From NCBI GenBank assembly GCA_038121585.1, contig JAYONY010000003.1:25866-89865 (forward strand): 64,000 nt of DNA. Direction: 5' to 3'. This document shows, one piece after another, positions 49,782-59,606 of this stretch. The DNA comes from an archaeon (GTDB taxonomy: Archaea; Nanobdellota; Nanobdellia; Pacearchaeales; GW2011-AR1). The position numbers and the translations under genes are program-made. The notes under the pieces were generated by a model that worked only from the letters and a program-made list of their open reading frames with translations, had not been told where the DNA came from and did no database searches. The number at the start of each line of letters is the position of its first letter. Within the stretch, counting starts at the first letter, position 1.

Positions 49782-50529
49782 TGCACAACCCGAAGACATC
49801 ACAATAGTAGAAGTAGAAAGTAATCCTGCAGGAGTAGATAGTGGGAACGAATGGGTAGAATTGTATGTTCCCCAAAATCTGAGCGCTTCATTCTTCGTAC
49901 TAGAAAATAATGATGGCGATACCATAGAACTCACAGGTAATTTTTCAGCAGGCTACTTTGTATACACATTTGAAAGCGGATGGCTTGATAATAGTGATGA
50001 AAAAGTAATGCTTAAGCTACTTGACGTTGTAGTGAGTGAAACCCCTGTATTTGCAGATAGCGATAATGATGAGTCAACACTACAATTGTGTGGTACTGAA
50101 TGGATTGAAGCACCACATACTCCCGGAACTGCAAATGACTGTCCTGAAGAACCAGAGGAAACTGCCCCTGAAGATACAGTAGAGTCCGAACAAACCACTA
50201 CAGAATCTGAAACCACTGATGAAGAGCCCGAAGATGAAGTACAAGCAGAGAATGAAGAAACTGATGAACCTTCAAGCACTACTACACACTCTCCCGAACC
50301 ACTACAACTTGAGCGTAAAGAAAGCTCAGCTGTACAAGAACAAGGATTTATCATTGAGCGCATCCCCACACAAAACCAACCAATAATTCTGAATGAACCA
50401 GTAGAAACAGCACCTATCCAAGAGACAACCTACCTCTCCCGTGATGGACTGGTACAACGACTCATGATTGGAGGGTTTATTTTTCTCCTTATTGTCCTCG
50501 TAAGCCTTATTATCTTACGGAGAACATAA
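49714..50529 (+). CDS. membrane-anchored lamin-tail-domain (LTD) protein with a T/E-rich acidic linker
   Basis: Signal peptide. IVEVESNPAGVDSGNEWVELYVPQN...GDTIELTG is an LTD motif. C-terminal TM LMIGGFIFLLIVLVSLIIL. It overlaps the preceding gene in a different frame. Confidence 0.55.
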   Translation: MMMATRYLFVMLTVCLCIMSSTSAQPEDITIVEVESNPAGVDSGNEWVELYVPQNLSASFFVLENNDGDTIELTGNFSAGYFVYTFESGWLDNSDEKVMLKLLDVVVSETPVFADSDNDESTLQLCGTEWIEAPHTPGTANDCPEEPEETAPEDTVESEQTTTESETTDEEPEDEVQAENEETDEPSSTTTHSPEPLQLERKESSAVQEQGFIIERIPTQNQPIILNEPVETAPIQETTYLSRDGLVQRLMIGGFIFLLIVLVSLIILRRT

Positions 50530-50562
50530 ACATTTATATACGAATGAAATAATTTTTTCATA

Positions 50563-52056
50563 ATGAAAAGAGGGGCATTAGCATTAATTATAATCGGACT
50601 CGTTCTTGTAATGCTTGGCATGATTAGCATAGGCATAAGCCCAACAGGATACGTCGTTAGTGAAGACGTGCAAAAACAAATTGATTCTATACTTGCTACA
50701 AAAAATGTAGAGTCACGAGCAACAGTTGCAACAGCACCAACAACAGAAGGGACTGCAGTACAAGCACAAACATTACCTGAAGCAGAAGAAGAAGAAATAA
50801 TCAAGCAAATAACCGCAGTACAACGAGGAGAAACGAACATTGTTACTCGAACATTCCGTAAATTTTTCAGAAATAAACTTGATGCCGACGGTGATGGAGT
50901 AGTCGCTCTTAGTGATGCAGTACTTTTTGTGAAAGAACGTAATTATGCAGCTGCAGAACAAGTCTTTGAAACAATGTATGGTGGAGAGCCACTCGTATAC
51001 CAATTATCAACGGGGCAAGATACAACTACGTTTACAACCAAAGGCCTAAGCGGTACCTATGAACAAACATTTATTCCGCTCCAAACAAACTCCTCAGGCA
51101 ATAGCACTAACAGCACGGGCGGTAGCTCATCAAGCAGTGGCAGCAGCTCAGGTGGAGGAACACCAGGAGGACTTCCAATGCCCCCAGTATGTACAGGCAC
51201 ATTTGTAAGAGGTAATGTGAATAATGACCAACTATCTCTTATTGATATTGCAGATGTCATTTACGCACTAGAATTCTTATTCCAAACTGGAAACGCACCC
51301 CCATGCGGTGACATTGCAGACATCAATGATGATAACGTACTTGACATTAGCGACCCAGTCTACTTACTCGGATACCTCTTTGGAAATGGAGGGCAACCAT
51401 ACGAGCCATTTCCAACCACTGGCTATGACGAACAAGGAGAAGGAGCATTAACAGGATCACCATGGTCACTTTGTGATGGAATAAATAATGACGCAGCAAC
51501 TGGCGACTTACTCTGTGATGAAGGAGAAGGATGCCCAGGACCTAATGGATGTGGTATGGGCGGTGGCAATCCGACAAATAATACTAATAGCACTAACTCA
51601 ACCAACCCAACAATGCACCTCGAATGTGTCGGACTTCAATGCTTACCAGTACCAGGCGCAGGAGCAAACTTATGTGCAACAGACTTTGACTGTATGAATA
51701 CTACGAATACGAGCTTGCCAGATTTAGTTGTAGCATTTAATACAACAGTACTAAATCCAAGCACTAATAGCACTAATGGAACAGTGTTAGTAGGACTCGT
51801 AGTTACAAACGTCGGTCAGGCAAGTGCAGGACCGAGCCAAACAAGTCTTGCAATAGCACTTTCAGGATCACTTTACTCGCAAGAATCACTTGCTACACCA
51901 GCCCTCACGCCCGGAGCTTCAGCATCTCTCTTTTCAACACTCTCTTCATTCCCTGGAGGATCATATACTACTGATGCTTCCGCAGACGCAGGACAGGCAG
52001 TTGCAGAAAGTAATGAGAATAACAACGACGCAACAGGTAGCTTCATAGTACCCTAA
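50563..52056 (+). CDS. secreted protein with a dockerin-like duplicated segment and a C-terminal CARDB domain
   Basis: Signal/TM. GNVNNDQLSLIDIADVIYAL...GDIADINDDNVLDISDPVYLL is dockerin-like. The CARDB domain has LPDLVV...VTNVGQASAGP...ESNENNND at the C-terminus. Confidence 0.55.
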   Translation: MKRGALALIIIGLVLVMLGMISIGISPTGYVVSEDVQKQIDSILATKNVESRATVATAPTTEGTAVQAQTLPEAEEEEIIKQITAVQRGETNIVTRTFRKFFRNKLDADGDGVVALSDAVLFVKERNYAAAEQVFETMYGGEPLVYQLSTGQDTTTFTTKGLSGTYEQTFIPLQTNSSGNSTNSTGGSSSSSGSSSGGGTPGGLPMPPVCTGTFVRGNVNNDQLSLIDIADVIYALEFLFQTGNAPPCGDIADINDDNVLDISDPVYLLGYLFGNGGQPYEPFPTTGYDEQGEGALTGSPWSLCDGINNDAATGDLLCDEGEGCPGPNGCGMGGGNPTNNTNSTNSTNPTMHLECVGLQCLPVPGAGANLCATDFDCMNTTNTSLPDLVVAFNTTVLNPSTNSTNGTVLVGLVVTNVGQASAGPSQTSLAIALSGSLYSQESLATPALTPGASASLFSTLSSFPGGSYTTDASADAGQAVAESNENNNDATGSFIVP

Positions 52057-52087
52057 CCTTTAAAATAGCAAGTATTCTATAGAACCC

Positions 52088-52609
52088 ATGAGTAAAAAGA
52101 TTCAGGCACGATTAATTATTGAGATTATGGGACGCCCACCAGAGCATATTGCAGAAACCCTACAAACACTCGTTGTGCGACTTGGTTCTGAAAACGGAGT
52201 GAGTATTCTTGAAAAGAGTTTTTTTGATCCTCAACCACTAGAAGATACTGATAATCTCTTTACTGCCTTCGCAGAAGTAGAAGCAGAGTTTGAGAACACA
52301 CAGTCATTCTTTGGGATTGTATTCAATTACATGCCTGCTAATGTAGAGATATTATCACCGAAAGAACTTAAGACGAGTAGTGCTGAACTCAGTGAGCTCT
52401 CAAACTTTATTTTACAACGACTCCACCAATACGATGCAATAACAAAACGTGTTGTGGGAGAACGAGATATTTTACTACGTCAAGTGAAGCACTTGCAAGG
52501 CAAAGGCCCTGGACCAGAAAACGCTACGAAAAAAGATACCCCTGCTAAAAGCACATCAAAACGTAAAGGCTCTAAGAAAAACACTAAGAAATCTTCTAAG
52601 AAGAAGTAG
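52088..52609 (+). CDS. hypothetical protein with a K-rich C-terminal tail
   Basis: 173 aa. No motif. Confidence 0.35.
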   Translation: MSKKIQARLIIEIMGRPPEHIAETLQTLVVRLGSENGVSILEKSFFDPQPLEDTDNLFTAFAEVEAEFENTQSFFGIVFNYMPANVEILSPKELKTSSAELSELSNFILQRLHQYDAITKRVVGERDILLRQVKHLQGKGPGPENATKKDTPAKSTSKRKGSKKNTKKSSKKK

Positions 52610-53843
52610 GCTTTCTTGGTGGCGGCATTGCTTCCTTACTCATTTTATTCTTTCGAGGACCATTACTCTTTGTTTTTAGGTATCTCGCAACGATAATGAT
52701 GAGAACGATTAAGACTATAGAAGCTATGAGCCACCCAATAACTACCCCGATTCCTTGCTCACCATCACCATCAAGACACTCCCCAAGACAACATTGTGAA
52801 TAATCAAGTGAAGTAACAGTCTCCCCATCACAAGTTTGTGAACCCAAGCAATCATTACCACCGAGATCTTCATGACAGAGTAATTGTGCAGTTTCTGGAG
52901 GCTCTTCCCCAGTATACTCAATACTAATTGGGACATCAACAGAAATCTCCCCGTTCGAAATTCTAATAACTTCTTGAATTGGTTGGTTAGATTCGACAGG
53001 AGTGAGCAAAACATCAACCGTTGTACCAGGAGCAATGCTTGGAATAAAGGCCGGTTGAGCAGTTAATAGTGAATCATCATATACCACAACTACATTATCT
53101 ATAGCGTCCGCGGTAGGATTATGAATGCTTAAAGTATAACTTTGTAGATTATCAATAACTACCAAACTATCAATCTGCTCAGGAACTACAGAGAAAATAA
53201 ATTCTTCAGTGATAGTTTGATTTTGTTCCGAGGTTGTATTTTGAGCTGGACCCTCACCAAGTGATTGTCCAACATATACCGGCACAGTATACGCCCCAAC
53301 AGTTACCCCCATAAACCCTATTGGAGTGCTTTCAGGAAGAGTAACATAGATATCATTCTCTCCAGGACTAATAGCCACCTCATTACCGCCAGCAGTAATA
53401 GTGCCTGGAAAGTCTTCGTAGGACGTATAGGTGAATTCTAGCACTGTGTCTGTAGCGCGAACAATCCCTGGTCGAATAGTCGCTACTGCGCTTTGATTTG
53501 TTACCCTAAATGAATCAGCAATATCCTCAAAAACAACTACTCCATTCGATACGGTTGCAACGTCGTGAACATACAACGTGTAATTGTTCTGACTACTTGG
53601 AGCAACACCCCATATAAACCATGAACTACCAAGCCGTTTCACCCCATATTCAAAAGGCACTTGCACATTATTACGCTTGAGTTCGATTTGATCAGGAGTG
53701 ATTGGTTGCAACACAGCACCTCCAATTTCAACAATCATAGTTTCTTGCTGCGCATACGTTTCAGCAAGCGTAGTTGAGAGAGCTGTTACACCACTTACTG
53801 ACATCAACACCAACACACACACAAATACTGTCCTATACATCAT
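52596..53843 (-). CDS. surface protein: signal peptide, ectodomain, Cys-rich stalk, C-terminal TM and a basic cytoplasmic tail
   Basis: SP MMYRTVFVCVLVLMSVSGVTA. Cys cluster LLCHEDLGGNDCLGSQTCDGE...CCLGEC. TM VVIGWLIASIVLIVLIIIV. KR/P-rich tail. Confidence 0.55.
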   Translation of the reverse strand: MMYRTVFVCVLVLMSVSGVTALSTTLAETYAQQETMIVEIGGAVLQPITPDQIELKRNNVQVPFEYGVKRLGSSWFIWGVAPSSQNNYTLYVHDVATVSNGVVVFEDIADSFRVTNQSAVATIRPGIVRATDTVLEFTYTSYEDFPGTITAGGNEVAISPGENDIYVTLPESTPIGFMGVTVGAYTVPVYVGQSLGEGPAQNTTSEQNQTITEEFIFSVVPEQIDSLVVIDNLQSYTLSIHNPTADAIDNVVVVYDDSLLTAQPAFIPSIAPGTTVDVLLTPVESNQPIQEVIRISNGEISVDVPISIEYTGEEPPETAQLLCHEDLGGNDCLGSQTCDGETVTSLDYSQCCLGECLDGDGEQGIGVVIGWLIASIVLIVLIIIVARYLKTKSNGPRKNKMSKEAMPPPRKPTSS

Positions 53844-53844
53844 T

Positions 53845-55662
53845 CTATCGACTAATTTGCTTTAATTTTCTAAGTGTATCGTTAAGCTCTTTATCAGTGC
53901 GTGAATTTCTAGGCACTCTTCGAGCTGGTGGTGTGCCACGAGGCATGCCTGATTGCATTCTTGCAGGAGCAGCTCCAAAAGATGGAGGAGGACTATCACG
54001 ACCAAAACCGCCAGGAGGCATCTTACCAGCACTTTTTGGAGGTTTCTTCTGGAATAATCGCCTCAAACGCTTTCTAAAGAGTAAGAGGATGAGCAACAGT
54101 ACAATAAGAGCTATTAATACAATAATCACGATATTAATGGTGCCATCATCTACTGGATCTGTATCAACCACACAACACACAAGCCCTGGGTCTGAACACT
54201 CAAAATCTTTTTGTTCCTCATCAAGGGAAGGGTTACAACTTAGATAACAAGTTCCACCAAAATCAGTACATTCATCCTGAGTATTTGTCACGATAGGCTC
54301 ACATACGGAAGTACAACAGCTCCCTTCAGAAGAAGGCTCTACTGGCCCAGTACATTGCTCGTTAGAATCACACAATACTCCGCCCTGATCTGAACAAGTA
54401 GGTTCTTCAACAGGAACGGTACAACAAATGTCAAGACTACTTGTACAAGCCGCAACGGGAACTCTTGTCCCACCAGCACTATTACATGCAGGGCCAGGCT
54501 CAACACAGTATCCCGGAACACTAACTCCACAAATAAGTGTTTCACCACCACCTCCTGAAACAGTTGGTACTGAAGTCGGCCACCCGGCGTACAATAAGAA
54601 TGCAGTATCACGCAAATTATCTCCGTTCCAACACCCTGCAGGAGTCTGTACATTAAGCAAATATTCGTACGTATCAATCACTTCTTGAGCTGAAGAACCT
54701 TGCAGTGCTAAAAGTGCTAATGCAGTATTATAGAACTTCCCATAGCCTGAGCCTGGCGCCTGCCAATATTGTCCCTGAATCTGTGACTGAATAATCGCGT
54801 CATATTGATCATCACCTTGCGCAACTTTATACAAAAAACTATCAGGGAAATATTTCACATTATCTTCCGCAAGAGCTAGTAAATAAGGCAGATACGGAGT
54901 AATATCCTCCCCTATTTTTGCAAGTGTTAACGCACCCCAAAGTGTTCCCTCATATGAACATTGAGAACCTTGCTTTAAACAAAGAGAATTAACAGATTCT
55001 TCAGTAGTCCCTGACGAAGCAGCTGAGTGCGTATTTGGGGATATGAAAATAGTGCTTGAACCATCTTTTTGGTAGAGCATATTCGTTACAAAATCCTGGT
55101 CACAACTAATTTGAAAGGTTTCATCAAGACAAGACGTTTTAACCTTAAGCCAGTATCCAGAGGAAGTGATATCAAAACAATTACCTGGCGCGCCACTTAA
55201 CGTCATATCATCAAGTACTGAGACAGAATGCGTGTTACCTTGATAGTTCAACGTGCATTCTGACGCCGCATGGTTATTAATATCAATTTGTAAGAACCAA
55301 GAAAGATCATCCGAGGTATCAGTTTGTGCAAGAAGCCATTCTCCAATAGGAGCGGTATCAAGATTCACTCGATCATACGCAAGCCCTACTAGCGCAGTAT
55401 CTCGCACTTTACAACTCCCTTCAGGCCAACAATCATCACCGCCTAAATCCCCAAGCCGGCTTATTAGTTTAGCATCTGCACCAACTGAGAGCATGCCAAA
55501 CACTGCTTCGTCAAGTGAAAGAGCACTTTCTTCTCTTGCATCAATAAGATCATCAAGACATTGTCGAGCAAGTGTAACGCCTGGTGGCTCAGATTGTGCA
55601 ACTGCAAGTGGTACAAGCACTACCACTAGCATTAATGCGAGAATCACCCCTCGTTTTCCCAT
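53845..55662 (-). CDS. large surface protein with prenyltransferase/terpene-cyclase-like alpha-toroid repeats, Cys-rich stalk, TM and Pro/Arg-rich tail
   Basis: SP. Repeats such as GCWNGDNLRDTAFLLYAG and TLWGALTLAKIG. Many CC/CxC pairs. TM IVIIVLIALIVLLLILLL. Tail PPGGFGRDSPPPSFG. Confidence 0.5.
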   Translation of the reverse strand: MGKRGVILALMLVVVLVPLAVAQSEPPGVTLARQCLDDLIDAREESALSLDEAVFGMLSVGADAKLISRLGDLGGDDCWPEGSCKVRDTALVGLAYDRVNLDTAPIGEWLLAQTDTSDDLSWFLQIDINNHAASECTLNYQGNTHSVSVLDDMTLSGAPGNCFDITSSGYWLKVKTSCLDETFQISCDQDFVTNMLYQKDGSSTIFISPNTHSAASSGTTEESVNSLCLKQGSQCSYEGTLWGALTLAKIGEDITPYLPYLLALAEDNVKYFPDSFLYKVAQGDDQYDAIIQSQIQGQYWQAPGSGYGKFYNTALALLALQGSSAQEVIDTYEYLLNVQTPAGCWNGDNLRDTAFLLYAGWPTSVPTVSGGGGETLICGVSVPGYCVEPGPACNSAGGTRVPVAACTSSLDICCTVPVEEPTCSDQGGVLCDSNEQCTGPVEPSSEGSCCTSVCEPIVTNTQDECTDFGGTCYLSCNPSLDEEQKDFECSDPGLVCCVVDTDPVDDGTINIVIIVLIALIVLLLILLLFRKRLRRLFQKKPPKSAGKMPPGGFGRDSPPPSFGAAPARMQSGMPRGTPPARRVPRNSRTDKELNDTLRKLKQISR

Positions 55663-55707
55663 ACGGTAGTGAGGACGCTGTTGTTTTTAAAGATATAGCA
55701 ACGGCGA

Positions 55708-56265
55708 CTACTTCTGAGTGCGCAAATAGTTTGCAAAGTGCTTCATTGCAGGTTGAACCATTGATCGAGCATACCGTGCAGCTTCTTTTTTTCCGAGTTC
55801 TTCAGACCAGACTAACCGTTCATTTTGTTCGATAGCGCTTAGCACTTGCAAAGCTTCCCTCGCTGTGTCTAAGCGCCTTGTTTGCATTGGAACTATGCCA
55901 AACGCCGCGTAACGTTCCAGACTCGTGGCGTACTCATGCATGACGGCATAGGGATGGCTTTGACCAACCAGAACCCCGTTTTCATAAGAGGGAATTCGCA
56001 CCTTTGCTTGTCTGAGCAAGTCAAGCGAACCATACAGCTTTGTTGTTTCAAAAGACTTTTTTTTAAGAGTGTTTTGATTTTTAGATGAAACACTTACTTT
56101 TTTTCGAGGTTTCTTAAGTACAGGAAGCGCGTTAGCAATTTGTGTATTCTCTGCTTCTTGAAAAACCTTTTTTTCCAAGGAGGGCGCCTGCTGCGAGTCA
56201 TCATAATTTGCACACCCACTCAGTCCGAGGGTAAGTGCTGTCGCTAAAATAGAAGTTCGCTTCAT
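55708..56265 (-). CDS. putative lipoprotein
   Basis: Lipobox-like LTLGLSGC after the signal sequence. Confidence 0.45.
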   Translation of the reverse strand: MKRTSILATALTLGLSGCANYDDSQQAPSLEKKVFQEAENTQIANALPVLKKPRKKVSVSSKNQNTLKKKSFETTKLYGSLDLLRQAKVRIPSYENGVLVGQSHPYAVMHEYATSLERYAAFGIVPMQTRRLDTAREALQVLSAIEQNERLVWSEELGKKEAARYARSMVQPAMKHFANYLRTQK

Positions 56266-56295
56266 GAAACTATTTTTTCAGAGTTCTATAAATAT

Positions 56296-57891
56296 CTATT
56301 GGTCAGAATGCTTTTGTCGACGGATAGAACGCATAATCTCACTCAAAGGATTCTTATCCTGAGGAGGCTTATCAAATAACTGAAGATCGCGATAAAATGA
56401 AGGGTTTGAGTAATTTGGAGGTAGGATTTTACGTTTTTGCTTCAAGTGCCAATCAATCTGAGAAGCAAGATACCCTTCCTTGAGCGGAGGGTCATTCTTC
56501 TTATTCCATTCGCGAACCTTGTCATTAATGTATTCTGGAGAGAAATTACACGCCCGTAAGAACGTAATGAGGACAAAAGCCCCTCGCTTACGGCCATCAG
56601 TAAGCCCCTTCATTAATTTTTTAATAGGCCGAGGAAACATCTCCTCAGTCACACCCTCAATAGAAATTTGCTCATGATTTGCATAACTCTTTTTACGAGT
56701 CGCCTCTTGCGTTGCATCATCAACTTTCTTCCATTCTAAAGCAGCCGCAAGTAATTTTTCAGCCTCACCCACACGAACTTCCTGTGGAAAGAAGGATTGC
56801 ACCTCTTTAAGCTTGAGCGGGTGTGCATCACGAGGAGAAAACGAATCAATCTGTGACTTCTCCATCACAACCGAAGCTAACGCAGTCTTTTCGTGCAAAG
56901 AATACGGCATGCGAAATAAGTGCCTTGACGCAACAAGCACTAAGTCTAAAGAAGCAATAGCCTCACCAGAAACTTCCTCTTTAAAATCAGCAGCCTCAGC
57001 CTTATTTCGCGCTTCTTGCGTGTAGGTAACTTTCGACCCGGAAGCATAGGTTTTGTCAACCGAATCAGCACCGCAATGCTCGCACTTAAAATAGTCCTGT
57101 TGTGACCCCACTAAAAGTTCACCAGGGCATGTATCATCAATACACTTGAGTTTACGCTTCGTAATTTTTGGGTCGCGACGTTGTACCGTAGTAGCACAGC
57201 GCGAACATCTAAAATCAACAATCACCCCTTTTTTTGCGTCTTTACCACAACTCGGACAGACCGTTTGGGTAATATCCTCTTTTTTGAGTTTAGTACGTTC
57301 TTCAAGCGCTTTAAAATTAATATTCTGAGCAGATACAATCTTGTTATATTCAGGCCGAATTTCCTTAAGAAGAAATTCTGAAATAGCCCGCGGCCACTCT
57401 GGAAACATCTCGGCAGTTTGAACCCCTGCAAACACTCGCGGAAACGCCTTAGCTGGAACGATTAGATGAAACCCCTTACTACCTGAAAACTTCAGACCAT
57501 AGTTAGTGATGCCATACTTTTCAAGCTGTGCAATTATTAACTTAGCAGCAATTTTTGAATAATCAAGGTACGGAGAGTCAATATCGACCAGCAAATCCCA
57601 CCCCTTACGCAGCTCAGTCAGTTCATGTTGTGCCATGTCAGATGAAATTTCCAACGGATTATGCCAGAGTTCTTCCGAACAATGAAACGATGTCGCCCCC
57701 TTACCTACCAACCCCGCTGCATCAGACGGGTACTGCAAGGCATCTGGACGCTTCCCAAACCCCTGATAGAACCGCGGGACAACCTCCCGGTCAGTCGCAA
57801 ACTCAAAAATGGCACTGAGCACTTTGGGATTACTGTAATACAGCTGTGCTATCTGCTTAACACGAGGAACTTGAGGCATGTAGTTCTGCAC
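56296..57891 (-). CDS. priS: DNA primase catalytic subunit PriS with a long C-terminal extension (possibly a fused PriL-like domain)
   Basis: DLLVDIDS (motif I), KFSGSKGFHLIVP (motif II) and Zn-knuckle CPSCG...CSRCA. 531 aa is longer than a typical PriS. Confidence 0.6.
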   Translation of the reverse strand: MQNYMPQVPRVKQIAQLYYSNPKVLSAIFEFATDREVVPRFYQGFGKRPDALQYPSDAAGLVGKGATSFHCSEELWHNPLEISSDMAQHELTELRKGWDLLVDIDSPYLDYSKIAAKLIIAQLEKYGITNYGLKFSGSKGFHLIVPAKAFPRVFAGVQTAEMFPEWPRAISEFLLKEIRPEYNKIVSAQNINFKALEERTKLKKEDITQTVCPSCGKDAKKGVIVDFRCSRCATTVQRRDPKITKRKLKCIDDTCPGELLVGSQQDYFKCEHCGADSVDKTYASGSKVTYTQEARNKAEAADFKEEVSGEAIASLDLVLVASRHLFRMPYSLHEKTALASVVMEKSQIDSFSPRDAHPLKLKEVQSFFPQEVRVGEAEKLLAAALEWKKVDDATQEATRKKSYANHEQISIEGVTEEMFPRPIKKLMKGLTDGRKRGAFVLITFLRACNFSPEYINDKVREWNKKNDPPLKEGYLASQIDWHLKQKRKILPPNYSNPSFYRDLQLFDKPPQDKNPLSEIMRSIRRQKHSDQ

Positions 57892-57965
57892 CCCTTCGTG
57901 TTTATATTCTTGTTGTCGCTAGCGACCACCATAATCCTTAAAAGTTCGAGAGGGTACGCTACTCA

Positions 57966-58694
57966 ATGCAAGTAAAACTTGAAGACCCCCGATTTTTCGC
58001 CAATTTGATAGGCATTATCTCAGAACTAGTGACAGAAGTGCGCATCAAGCTCAATGATAAAGGAATGCACCTTGTCGCAATAGATCCTGCTTCAGTGGCA
58101 ATGGTACACTTCAATATCCCAGCAGAGCTGTTTGCTAACTACAATGTAGAAAAAGAAGAAGTGCTCGGGGTAAATCTTGATAATCTCAAAGCAATATTGC
58201 GCCGATGTAAACTCGGCTCATCACTCATTATGAGTCGAGAAGAAAATCTGCTTAAGATACGCATTCCAGAGAAAATAAAACGAGACTTTACATTAGCATT
58301 GATTGATGTTGAAGGTGAAGATAAAGAAATGCCAGAATGGGAATTTTCATCAGTTGTTAAGATGGACTCGCAAGACTTTGTTGATGCAGTAGAAGACTGT
58401 GCTATTGTATCTGACGCATGCACATTCAAAACAGAACCAAAATCATTTGTTATCGAAGCTAAAGGCCTAAACTCCGCACGAGCAGAATTCTCATCTGAAG
58501 AAGTAGATATTTTTGCAGACAGCAGTGTTGCGAGATTCTCACTTGAATACCTTATGAAATTCATCAAAGGAGCTAAAATCTCTAATCGAGCAGAAATCAA
58601 CTTCTCAGACAATCACCCAATGAAACTTAACTTCCCAACAGGCAAGGTAATGCTAAGTTTTGTACTAGCACCACGTGTCGAACAGGACGATTGA
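57966..58694 (+). CDS. pcn: DNA polymerase sliding clamp PCNA
   Basis: 242 aa. N-terminus MQVKLEDPRFFANLIGIIS...KLNDKGMHLVAIDPASVAMV and the two-domain pattern are typical of archaeal PCNA. Confidence 0.8.
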   Translation: MQVKLEDPRFFANLIGIISELVTEVRIKLNDKGMHLVAIDPASVAMVHFNIPAELFANYNVEKEEVLGVNLDNLKAILRRCKLGSSLIMSREENLLKIRIPEKIKRDFTLALIDVEGEDKEMPEWEFSSVVKMDSQDFVDAVEDCAIVSDACTFKTEPKSFVIEAKGLNSARAEFSSEEVDIFADSSVARFSLEYLMKFIKGAKISNRAEINFSDNHPMKLNFPTGKVMLSFVLAPRVEQDD

Positions 58695-58826
58695 CATCGT
58701 CCTGTGCTTTCCAACTTTTAGACCTTGCCTACGCAAGGAGTCAGCCAAAAGTTGTCAACGAACAGGAGGACTAAGTCTCACTGAACAAGACGATTGATTT
58801 TTATACTTTCCAACGCTGTTTACACA

Positions 58827-59606
58827 ATGAAAAAGGGGTGTTTGCAAGGGTTTAACTCTCGAGGACAGATGACTATGTTCATTATCATCGCTCTCGGACT
58901 CGTAGGCGCAATGCTCATCTACCTCATTGTTCGAGGTGATCAAAACCCTTTTGGACTTTTTGATGGGGATGAAGAACCTGCAACGTTTGTTCGGACCTGC
59001 GTTCGTGACACCGCCCGTGAAACAATAGCCACAATGCTTCCTCAAGGCGGATTTGTCACACCAAGCAATTACATACTGTACGGAGGAGCGCAGATAGAAT
59101 ATATTTGTAGCACACCAAACTTCTATGATACGTGCACCATGCAACACCCATCATTCACTACGGTCTTACAAGAAGAATTACGCGCGGAAATAACAGATGA
59201 GATAAGCGCGTGCTATACGAGCCTTGAAGAAAATTTGCGAGACGAAGGATTTAGCGTATCAGCAGAAGGAGAAGACATACTAGTTACCGTCCTGCCTGGC
59301 ACTGTGCGCGTAGAAGTGCAACGATCAATAACCTACACTGGAGAATCAACCCAAACAGTGCCTCACGTAACAACCTCGTTTCAAACACCACTCTACGAGT
59401 TTGGCATGCTCGCCTCAACCATCGCTAATGCAGAAGCAGCAAACTGCGACTTTGATTATATACTGTACATGCAAAATTACCCTCAATGGGACTTGCGCAA
59501 ATGGACAACATCTGATGGGAGTAAAATTTACACAATGCATGATTTAGAAAGCGATACTACCATGAACATAGCTACACGGGGGTGCGTTTTACCCGCAGGA
59601 CTATGA
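58827..59606 (+). CDS. class III signal peptide (archaeal type IV pilin/archaellin-like) protein, paralogue A
   Basis: Leader MKKGCLQGFNSRGQ then MTMFIIIALGLVGAMLIYLIV, a prepilin-peptidase motif of the form [KR]GQ followed by hydrophobic residues. Paralogue of 62929-63693. Confidence 0.55.
   Translation: MKKGCLQGFNSRGQMTMFIIIALGLVGAMLIYLIVRGDQNPFGLFDGDEEPATFVRTCVRDTARETIATMLPQGGFVTPSNYILYGGAQIEYICSTPNFYDTCTMQHPSFTTVLQEELRAEITDEISACYTSLEENLRDEGFSVSAEGEDILVTVLPGTVRVEVQRSITYTGESTQTVPHVTTSFQTPLYEFGMLASTIANAEAANCDFDYILYMQNYPQWDLRKWTTSDGSKIYTMHDLESDTTMNIATRGCVLPAGL

Noticed and set aside
49953-50840. Minus-strand Ser/Cys-rich ORFs
   Set aside because: Antisense to the LTD protein and the dockerin/CARDB gene. 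Low complexity.
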